Below are positions 27,401-34,517 of a stretch of DNA of 34,517 nucleotides, in pieces. The notes below the pieces were generated by a model. It searched no databases. It was not told where the DNA came from and saw only the letters and a list, made by a program, of their open reading frames with translations. The position numbers and the translations under genes are program-made. Where the stretch lies: NCBI GenBank assembly GCA_035389045.1, contig DAOORA010000051.1:1-34517 (forward strand), written 5' to 3'. The first letter of the stretch is position 1. Every line of letters begins with the position of its first letter. This DNA comes from Bacteroidales bacterium. Lineage in GTDB: Bacteria; Bacteroidota; Bacteroidia; Bacteroidales; CAIWKO01.

Positions 27401-29964
27401 GTGATGACCAGCCGGGAGGATTGCGGTTTTACAATAACAGCCAGGTGGCCGATACGGTAAATTCGCTGAAATATTGCGAAATATCTTATCCGAGCATCGG
27501 CGTCAGGGTGGAAAACGCACACATGACACTTGATAATTGCGTAATACAGCAGTCGTCATTTGGCCTCAGTATACGGGGCTCCTCCAACCCGGAAATTAAA
27601 AACACTCAATTTTATAACCTTGCTTATGCCCCGGTAGAACTCAGCATGTTTTCAAATCCGTCATTTACCAATTGCACAGCACTGAATGTCGGACTGATGG
27701 CTCTTGCAGTGATTCCGGAAACTTATTCACAGACAGATACCATTCCTGTAAGGGATTTTGGAGGATATTCAAATATCGGATATTTCATGGAAGGGACCTG
27801 TACCATTAATTCCGGCACAACCATTACCATACCTGCCGGCATAGTATTTAAAAGAGGAGCTATTGGCAATTTTGATAACTATGCGATGGGGTTTGAGGTG
27901 AACGGGCGTTTGAATATAATGGGAGCTACCGGCAATCCGGTTGTTTTTACAAACCTTGCTGATGATAATTTCGGCAACCCGCCTGATATGAACCAGAACG
28001 GTTCGGCTACCCAGCCCAACGACGGGTATTCCTGGGGACAGGGCTGGTTCGGAACCTGGCTCACATTTAATGATGTCAGCGATGATTTAAGCACCGTGGA
28101 TTATGCGGTTTTGAAATACGGAGAAAAAGGCATAATCACTCAAAGCGCTTCGCCTGTTATTAATCACAGCTTATTTGAAAACTTATATTATGGTATTGAT
28201 ATGAACGGAGTTTCTGCACCCGGTATTGATAATTGTACTTTTAATAATTTGCGGTTTTATCCGGTTCAGATATCCCTGGTGTCTTATCCGGTCACTTCAT
28301 CAAATAATACTATCTCAGGAACAACATATAAGGTGTTGAAGGTGAGAGATGAAACCCTGACACAGGATGTTACCCTGCCTAAAAGAAATTTCGGTGGCAT
28401 TACGAATATTCCTTATTATTTTGAGCATTATACCGTTGGAACAGGTGCTACGCTTACCATCAGCCCCGGTATCGTATGTAAATTCCGTACTATGCCTTAT
28501 ACCGAAACGAACAATGGGATAACTGTGTACAAAGGCTTTTCTGCAACAGGTGGTGCCTCGCCCGACAGTAACATTGTGTTTACGGATATCAGGGATGACT
28601 ATTACGGTGGCGATGCCAATTCTGACGGGAACTCTTCCTGGTCAACCCCGGGAAGTTGGTCAGGGTTGGTGTTTGAAGACCAGTCGCTCGATCCCTTGTG
28701 TAATCTGCAGAATTGCATCATCAGGTTTGCCGAAAACGGCATCATGACCAACAGCGCAAGTCCTACAGTAACAAGATGTAACATAAACCGGAATAATTAT
28801 GGAGTATATGCTATAGCGGCCTCCAGCCCTGTATTTAATGACTGTGATTTTGATGATAACTATTATTTTGCTATAAATAATGTTGACAAGTCCTTTACCA
28901 TTATGGCAGAAAACTGCTGGTGGGGAAGTAATCTGGGACCCATTCAGACGAATACCCCGGGAAACGGAACCAGTGTGCAGGAACTTGTTACGGATGAAGT
29001 GGATTATACGCCCTGGAAAACGACCGGAGCCGTTAATCCCCTTATGGGCGATGTCAGCCTGAACGGCCAGGTACAGGCTTATGATGCCTCCCTCATCTTA
29101 CAGAAAGTTGTAGGGAGTATAACCCTTAACAATCTTCAGTTACAGGTGGCCGATGTCAGTGGCACTGCAGGCGTTACCGCTTATGATGCTTCGCTTATTC
29201 TGCAATATGTCGTCGGGTTAATAAACTCATTCCCGGCAGAGCAGAACAAAGCTTTGCTGTCCATGCCGGCAAGTGCACAATTGTCAGTAGGTAATGCTAC
29301 CACCGTTAATGGACAGGATGTGACGATTCCATTAAGTGTAACTAATGTTTCGGGCATGTCGTCGGCCCAGATCAGGCTTCATTATGATCCTTTGTTCCTG
29401 AAGGTGAGTCAGGTGGAAAATATGATCACGGGAATGAATATGATGTATGGCGTTGACAGTGTAAATGGTATTGTAACTATAGCGATGGCGGGCGCTTATA
29501 CGCTGAATTCCGACGCCGTGCTTGCCAATATTACCTTCCATGCCAACCTGCCGGCAGGCAGTTCAGTTACCACTTCATTAATCATAAACGAATTCCTGGC
29601 CAATGAAGATGATATGACTGCCGGAGCTATTAACGGAAGCGTAACCATAAACGACAATATGACTACGGGAGTTACTGAAAATGAAGAAACCCGCAACGGG
29701 ACCATGTCGCCGGTATATCCCAACCCTGCCACAACGCAAGCCGTGTTTAGCTATGTCCTGAATGGTCCTGATCAAATGGTAACTATCGAAATTTTTGATA
29801 TGCTTGGACAAAAAAATCTGACCATTGTGAACCATGTGCAGCATGCGGGAAAATATTCCGTATCGCTTGCGGAATCTATCGAAGAACTCCGAAGCGGCTC
29901 TTATCTAATCAGACTGACTGTTGACGGTTATCAGCAGACACAGTTGTTCCAGATTATAAAATAA
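24445..29964 (+). CDS. Large T9SS-secreted parallel beta-helix repeat protein with dockerin-like and cohesin-like domains and a type-A CTD
   Basis: Signal peptide; six FT(S/N/D)..DD..G..D.N.(D/N)G repeats; dockerin GDVSLNGQVQAYDASLILQKVVG...ADVSGTAGVTAYDASLILQYVVG; cohesin-like VTIPLSV...IRLHYDP; CTD VYPNPA...IEIFDMLGQ...SGSYLIRL. The start may be 24454. Confidence 0.9.
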   Translation: MVKMKRLFILFTGFFILSMQQVWATDVFGTISADSTWDVSGSPYIVTSSLTIAHGATLTIDPGVAVRFDDGQSLYINGGLNATNVIFTSNNPSPASGIWGNFQVGNGNPADSGSVVLNACQLLYGSQFNVTNGTATLNGTDISNFINHTVWVDNWGHFNMTGGNINTNNSAASSWGCAVYGIVWSHTTLSGVTIQHYNTGVHLHPGATVSISDMNITNCGWPISFSDGGSRLIVSGTNSFTGNNNNVVLINSGWELSDTLNLPVINIPYYFPGGLQVNPGGCMIVESNNILKFQDNTILNINGTLIAEAGAGESIYFTSFRDDNWGGDSNNDGSASAPGTGNWYGIRFGDLSYDANCLMRRCQVRYAGYDYNGGITTESASPTIDQCDLSNNYYGICMRYTSNPVFTNNTIGSSQMTPIAMSFEADPVMSDNTLSFSDNAYDAIGLLGGTLSANAVLKIRSVTSIPNITYFLLGHIHVPSGLSLTINKGIVIKSYQDWDAHRITVDGMLTANASADSMIVFTSARDDNYGNPADCNKDGTMTSPVTGDWSGIIFLPGSTGTMNYCRIKYAKLPDYGFSSCSVTEYVNGCAIGMVDASPSVSNCIFENLFQAVSCYRASSPALTNLDMINISYTPVNISGAANPAMSGITFTNVGMRAIGLLGGNVCQNGTLRKRDLAGYTNITYVLLWDMTINSGTYVNVEQGIVIKSAQYAGCGGDIGYSIIVDGGFKTDGTSGQGVVFTSIKDDNKGNPADCNGDGNATTPAPGDWGCIKFRSTSDDAYCKLNYTELLYSGRMPCNVSNGGAAFENAGGQMNSCLISNSYRYGVYCDGNATPLIDNVVIQNCTLDPIAMSLTANPSFSNITFVSNFSKAIKIIEGTLSSNATLAPRNVAGITNIAYVVSALTVSSNAKLTIQPDVVIKFRTDDWCGWYQIPAKMNIYGNLIATGNASHKIYFTSFADDSKGGDSNNDGNTSVPSMGDWGYTTNCDDQPGGLRFYNNSQVADTVNSLKYCEISYPSIGVRVENAHMTLDNCVIQQSSFGLSIRGSSNPEIKNTQFYNLAYAPVELSMFSNPSFTNCTALNVGLMALAVIPETYSQTDTIPVRDFGGYSNIGYFMEGTCTINSGTTITIPAGIVFKRGAIGNFDNYAMGFEVNGRLNIMGATGNPVVFTNLADDNFGNPPDMNQNGSATQPNDGYSWGQGWFGTWLTFNDVSDDLSTVDYAVLKYGEKGIITQSASPVINHSLFENLYYGIDMNGVSAPGIDNCTFNNLRFYPVQISLVSYPVTSSNNTISGTTYKVLKVRDETLTQDVTLPKRNFGGITNIPYYFEHYTVGTGATLTISPGIVCKFRTMPYTETNNGITVYKGFSATGGASPDSNIVFTDIRDDYYGGDANSDGNSSWSTPGSWSGLVFEDQSLDPLCNLQNCIIRFAENGIMTNSASPTVTRCNINRNNYGVYAIAASSPVFNDCDFDDNYYFAINNVDKSFTIMAENCWWGSNLGPIQTNTPGNGTSVQELVTDEVDYTPWKTTGAVNPLMGDVSLNGQVQAYDASLILQKVVGSITLNNLQLQVADVSGTAGVTAYDASLILQYVVGLINSFPAEQNKALLSMPASAQLSVGNATTVNGQDVTIPLSVTNVSGMSSAQIRLHYDPLFLKVSQVENMITGMNMMYGVDSVNGIVTIAMAGAYTLNSDAVLANITFHANLPAGSSVTTSLIINEFLANEDDMTAGAINGSVTINDNMTTGVTENEETRNGTMSPVYPNPATTQAVFSYVLNGPDQMVTIEIFDMLGQKNLTIVNHVQHAGKYSVSLAESIEELRSGSYLIRLTVDGYQQTQLFQIIK

Positions 29965-29968
29965 AGTT

Positions 29969-30008
29969 TTTGCGTCTTTTTCATCCGGAAAGGACGTAAA
30001 TCTTTTTT
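29969..30008 (+). terminator. Intergenic hairpin with U-tract (terminator/attenuator)
   Basis: TTGCGTCTTTT ... GAAAGGACGTAA stem (with G-U pairs) followed by TCTTTTTT. Confidence 0.5.
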
Positions 30009-30045
30009 GAAGAATGTATCATTCATTTACTTCAATAAAAAAACA

Positions 30046-33000
30046 ATGAAAAAGCATATAATTTCATTTCTTCTGTTGCTGCTGATCTTGTCAAACGGAA
30101 GTTTACAGGCCCAGGCCATTACCCTGAGGATACCTGATACCTCCGTGGTATCAGGCAATAGCATCGACATACCTGTTTTTGCCGATAACACGCTTAGCGG
30201 GCACAATGTGATGTCCTATGTTATACAGTTATCCTTTGATCCGGCCTATCTTCAGCCATCAGCCGTTATCGTTTCCGGTACGCTTAGCGCTCCTTTTGGC
30301 AGTCCTGCAATAAACACATCTGTTCCCGGGATTATCACCATAGCGGCAGCAGGAACATCACCGCTTACCGGAGCGGGGGCATTTATTTATATCCGTTTTT
30401 TGACTTTGCAGCCGGGTGGAACAGGAATAAATTTTACCGGGACAGCCAATAATTATTTTAATGAAGGTAGCCCTGAAATCTCCTTTGATGACGCATGGCT
30501 AAACATTACAGCTCCACCTTCCATAACTATTAATCCCGACATCGGAGTCGTTGCTAAAGGAGAACAATTACAGTTTAATGTTTTTGACGGAACACCTCCT
30601 TACCAATGGTCTGTGATCAATCCGTCGGTTGCCGCTGTGGATGCTTCAGGTTTGTTAACAGCAATACAACCTGGTTTTACAAGGGTAGTAGCACAGGATT
30701 CTGCCGGGATCAGGGATACAACAAATCAGATAGAGATCAGGGCAATGCGGATGAGTATTCCTTCCGGCCTCAGCCAATGGCAGGGCGCCGACATAGATGT
30801 TCCGGTCAATGTTACCGATTTGACCGGACTGAACATTACTTCGGGTAATTTTGCCATCAGTTTTGATCAGAACTTACTAACTCCTGTCGGGATAGTTCAG
30901 ACAGGGACGCTCCTGACATCCTTTCCGGCGCCTGTGTGCAATTACAGCTCTCCAGGACATTTCACGCTGGCTTTTGCAGGGACGACGCCTTTAATAGGGA
31001 CAGGAACTCTCATTAAAATCCGGTTTCATGTTTCCGGACAGAATTCGGGTGCTACCGCAATTGACTTTACAGGAGGCCTGTTTAATGAAGATCTTCAACC
31101 GGTATTTACCGGCGGGTATTTTACTACGGATAATTTACCCGTTTTGTCGCTTACGCCCAATACCGGTTCTCTGGCAGCCGGAGAAACCCAGCAGTTTACC
31201 GTCAATGGCGGTGGAGTACCTCCATTGATGTGGAACATAAGTGATACAACTATGGCATCCATCAGCCAGACCGGGTTAATGACCGCATTCAGGAGCGGGA
31301 ATGTGGTGGTTACCGTCACGGATTCGCTGGGCGCTACAGCGGTTTCAGGATCTTTTCAGATATATGATACCAGGATTAATATGTCCGATACTTATTTATG
31401 CCTCCCGGCAACGACATTATATTTTCCGGTCACCATCAATGCGCTGCCAGCAGGCGAATCCGTATTCTCATTACAGGCGATTCTGAACTATGATACCACA
31501 TTTCTTTCATTTTCAGGTATTGAAACAGCAGGAACACTTACCCAGGGGTGGACCTTTTCCCAAAATTCAGGTGACGGACAACTTGTTTTTGCAGGCTCCG
31601 GTTCTTCCCCTTTTGATGTTGCCGGTACCTTACTTATATTTGAATTTAATGTGAAACCGGCTTTTTTTACCGGATTGACTACTTCTTTGTATCTGCACAA
31701 TGTCATCCTCAATGAAGGTATTCCTCTTCCCCTTGTTGATGAATGGGCTAATATTACCGGGGCTGATACCCCATCCATTCCCGTAGCAGGCGCCATTATT
31801 CAGCCGACGTGTACCGAATCAACGGGGAGCGTTGATCTGGAGGGATTACCTCCGGCCAGCTGGACAATAAACCCGGGAAATATTGAAGGCTACGGTACCG
31901 CGGCGACCATTCCGGACCTCACACCGGGAACTTATAATTTTACAGTTACTGTCGCATCGGGATGTACATCAGCAGCGTCCTCCGATGTGGTCATCTTTGC
32001 GCAACCGCCAACGCCCGTTGCAGAAGCGGGAGCCACCGCCATCTATACCGGTATGCCCGTAATAATCGGCGATCCGTCGAGTGGCCCCGGCATATACAGC
32101 TGGTCGCCGGCAGCGGGGTTAAGCGACTCCACAATATCCCAACCAACAGCCTCCCCGGCAGTTACCACAACCTATACCCTGACTGTGGATTACAATGGCT
32201 GTTTGGCCACTGATACGGTAACTGTTGTTTACGGGATAAGCGGATACACCATTAACGGCAAAACCCGCTATACGGCAAAGGCTAATGTAGGAAATCCTGC
32301 ACCCAATCTCCCTACATATAATTCCGTAATTTATAATATAGATCATGTGATTGTGGTGTTAAAAAACACCGGAGGCACAGAAATATCAAGGGATACCAGT
32401 GACGCCCTGGGCAATTTTCAATTTACCGCGGTGTCCGATGGAAACTACCTGCTGTATTACGACAAATTTACGGTTGATACCATGTCATGGGGAAATGATA
32501 TCAATGTGGCGGACCTGTCCATGCTGAAATATTTTATCGGCAGTGATACTCTGCTGGATCCCTCAAGAAATTTTTCGGCAAAATACAAGAGAGCCGTCAA
32601 TGTTGATAATAACCTGTATATAAATGTTGCTGATGTTTCCAGGCTAAAAGCAAAAATCGGCTCACCATACAATGTCAGCAAAAACTTCCCTAAGGGCAAC
32701 TGGGTGGCGCTTACCCAGCCGGTAACCGTTGCCGGGTCAGACCTGAACATTACCCTTGAAACCATATGTTATGGGGACTATAATGGCTCAAGCAGCAGGT
32801 ACCGTGATTCCGTGGCAAGCTGGAGCAATTTAAAATCCTTACCCGGTGAGTTTATTGTGCCCTCTGATGAGTCTGTCACGATCACGAATCAGTCCCTCAT
32901 TGAGGTTCCGTTGAAAATAAGCGCCAAAGTTAAAGATTTTTCAGCGCTTGGATTGGAACTGAAATACCCGCATGATGAATACCGGCTTGTTTCTGCATAT

Positions 33001-33585
33001 ATGCCAGGTAAGGGATTAAAAGGCCTAACGGCGAAAATAAATCCTTCATTTGAAGAGATAATGGCAGACCATAACGATTTGCTGGTTACCGATGAAGATG
33101 GTGTGATCAGGGTGGTATATGCCACAACAGATCATTTTGATGTGGCTGCCGGCGAAGAACTGATTATGCTGGGATTCAGACCGCTAATTGATATAAACCC
33201 GGGCGAACTTGATTTTTATCTGTCAGGAACGGGTGTGGTCGCAGATCAGTATGGGGAAGAGAATGATGAAGTATATATGTTGATGCCGAAAATTTTTGTG
33301 CAGGGGGATAAGTATAAGGCAGGATTTGAACTTTCCGGTTATCCCAACCCGTTTGCAAACGAGGCAATGCTGACCTACCATATTCCCGGTGAAGGAACGG
33401 TGAAAATTGAAGTATATAATTCTCTTGGTGAAAAGGTAGCTGTTTTGGTAAATAAAGTCCGGCAGGAAGGGAAACATTCGGTTGAATTCTCTCGCCAAAA
33501 CATGCCGTCAGGAATATATACCTTCAGACTTGAATTCACCGGTTCTGATGGATCAGAAAATATGACAATAAAAATGATGCATTGA
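30046..33585 (+). CDS. T9SS-secreted scaffoldin-like protein: three cohesin-like domains alternating with Big_2 Ig domains, one Thr/Ser repeat, dockerin-like segment, a further cohesin-like domain, type-A CTD
   Basis: Signal MKKHIISFLLLLLILSNGSLQAQ; IDIPV...LSFDPAYL, IDVPV...ISFDQNLL, YFPV...LNYDTTFL; Big_2 WSVINPSVAAVDASGLLTA and WNISDTTMASISQTGLMTA; INVADLSMLK/VDNNLYINVADVSRLK; CTD YPNPF...VYNSLGEKV...SGIYTFRL. Confidence 0.88.
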   Translation: MKKHIISFLLLLLILSNGSLQAQAITLRIPDTSVVSGNSIDIPVFADNTLSGHNVMSYVIQLSFDPAYLQPSAVIVSGTLSAPFGSPAINTSVPGIITIAAAGTSPLTGAGAFIYIRFLTLQPGGTGINFTGTANNYFNEGSPEISFDDAWLNITAPPSITINPDIGVVAKGEQLQFNVFDGTPPYQWSVINPSVAAVDASGLLTAIQPGFTRVVAQDSAGIRDTTNQIEIRAMRMSIPSGLSQWQGADIDVPVNVTDLTGLNITSGNFAISFDQNLLTPVGIVQTGTLLTSFPAPVCNYSSPGHFTLAFAGTTPLIGTGTLIKIRFHVSGQNSGATAIDFTGGLFNEDLQPVFTGGYFTTDNLPVLSLTPNTGSLAAGETQQFTVNGGGVPPLMWNISDTTMASISQTGLMTAFRSGNVVVTVTDSLGATAVSGSFQIYDTRINMSDTYLCLPATTLYFPVTINALPAGESVFSLQAILNYDTTFLSFSGIETAGTLTQGWTFSQNSGDGQLVFAGSGSSPFDVAGTLLIFEFNVKPAFFTGLTTSLYLHNVILNEGIPLPLVDEWANITGADTPSIPVAGAIIQPTCTESTGSVDLEGLPPASWTINPGNIEGYGTAATIPDLTPGTYNFTVTVASGCTSAASSDVVIFAQPPTPVAEAGATAIYTGMPVIIGDPSSGPGIYSWSPAAGLSDSTISQPTASPAVTTTYTLTVDYNGCLATDTVTVVYGISGYTINGKTRYTAKANVGNPAPNLPTYNSVIYNIDHVIVVLKNTGGTEISRDTSDALGNFQFTAVSDGNYLLYYDKFTVDTMSWGNDINVADLSMLKYFIGSDTLLDPSRNFSAKYKRAVNVDNNLYINVADVSRLKAKIGSPYNVSKNFPKGNWVALTQPVTVAGSDLNITLETICYGDYNGSSSRYRDSVASWSNLKSLPGEFIVPSDESVTITNQSLIEVPLKISAKVKDFSALGLELKYPHDEYRLVSAYMPGKGLKGLTAKINPSFEEIMADHNDLLVTDEDGVIRVVYATTDHFDVAAGEELIMLGFRPLIDINPGELDFYLSGTGVVADQYGEENDEVYMLMPKIFVQGDKYKAGFELSGYPNPFANEAMLTYHIPGEGTVKIEVYNSLGEKVAVLVNKVRQEGKHSVEFSRQNMPSGIYTFRLEFTGSDGSENMTIKMMH

Positions 33586-33627
33586 TTATTTTCGTCATTC
33601 AGATAATTAAACGATTTTTACACCCCA

Positions 33628-33652
33628 GTACGCGCGCCTTCGCAACGCGTGC
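33628..33652. repeat. REP-like GC-rich imperfect palindrome upstream of the RAYT gene
   Basis: GTACGCGCGCCTTCGCAACGCGTGC in an AT-rich context, about 55 bp upstream of a Y1 transposase. Confidence 0.55.
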
Positions 33653-34066
33653 AATAGAAATAAATACACTTTATAAATGTTGTTAAAAAAACAATAGCTT
33701 TGCTTCCAATGTCAGAAAAATACAAAACCACCGAAACCGATAAGGCATACTTTGTAACCTTTACCATTGTTGAATGGCTTACTGTGCTGGCCAACGTTCA
33801 AGGTAAGGAAATCATCATCGATTCGCTAAAGCATTATCAGCAAAGCAGGGGGCTTATTATTTAAGCCTATTGTATAATGCCTGATCATTTACATCTTATT
33901 GCACAATCAAATGGCAAGGAGCATTTATCGGCTGTATTGCGTGATCTTAAAAAGCAAACAGCAAAAGAAATTACGAAGGGACTGAAAAGCCTTGAAGATA
34001 ACGAATCTGGTAAAGCATTGGAAATATTTGCAAACGAAGGTAGACGGTTAAAAAGGATAAAAAAAT

Positions 34067-34312
34067 CATTATTGTCCGGTTTATTTTTTAAATATGTAAT
34101 ATTTCGTACCTGCGACGCTTTCATAAATTGGTAAATTGTTCATTATGATAATATTATAGACCTTTGGAACTTTTTTAGCCTCGTTAGAGGCGGCATATTG
34201 GTAGAAAAAACATTACAATAAAAAAAAAAGCCCCGTAGGTGGCGATATGTTGTAAATGTTCTGAAAACAAAGCTATTCAGCATATTTAAAATATTTTTAC
34301 CGGACAACAGTG
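34067..34312. mobile_element. 246-bp MITE inserted into the RAYT gene
   Basis: TIRs CATTATTGTCCGGT / ACCGGACAACAGTG (12/14 match), flanked by T(A)7T and T(A)9T. Removing the element and keeping the right flank restores the frame RIKKNKVWQ. Confidence 0.8.
34177..34255 (+). repeat. Two tandem REP-like hairpin units inside the MITE
   Basis: AGCCTCGTTAGAGGCGGCATATTGGTAGAAA and AGCCCCGTAGGTGGCGATATGTTGTAAA. Confidence 0.6.
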
Positions 34313-34517
34313 TAAAAAAAAATAAAGTTTGGCAGGATGGTAACCGGCCAATTTTGCTGTATTCAAATAAATTTATCCGGCAAAAAATTGATTATATTCA
34401 TTCAAATCCTGTAAAAGCCGGTTTGGTTGTCAATCCTGATGATTATCTATACACTTCAGCAAGAAATTATGCCGGATTAACATCAGTAATTGATATTGAA
34501 ATGCTAACGTTGGAATG

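Larger units (their letters stand above)
33709..34517 (+). pseudogene. REP-associated tyrosine transposase (RAYT, Y1/HUH) pseudogene, running off the window end
   Basis: MSEKYK...YFVTFTIVEW...GLII*AYCIMPDHLHLI (TAA at 33862; HUH motif HLH)...LRDLKK; after an insertion it resumes KVWQDG...QKIDYIHSNPVKAGLV...YTSARNYAG. Confidence 0.88.

Overview
AT-rich window from a probably anaerobic Bacteroidota genome, judged from the T9SS cargo C-terminal domains, PorP/SprF and TAnnTTTG promoters. In order it holds: (i) the 3' part of a Cys-cluster protein with a PqqD/RRE-like tail; (ii) a T9SS locus with a 1721-aa type-B-CTD adhesin (N-terminal cohesin-like domain plus 13 tandem Thr/Ser-rich ~87-aa repeats), porP/sprF, a small hypothetical protein and a beta-barrel+OmpA protein; (iii) three TMTC-like (GT-C + TPR) membrane glycosyltransferase genes, two of them a recent tandem duplication; (iv) a split B12-dependent metH and a convergent metF-metV fusion; (v) a 139-bp MITE, a decayed ISNCY-type IS and a decayed RAYT transposase interrupted by a 246-bp MITE; (vi) two type-A-CTD T9SS proteins with dockerin-like and multiple cohesin-like modules. 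The leading hypothesis is a T9SS-exported, non-cellulolytic cohesin-dockerin surface scaffold, possibly glycosylated by the co-located TMTC-like enzymes. All domain calls come from motif recognition by eye; no database searches were run.
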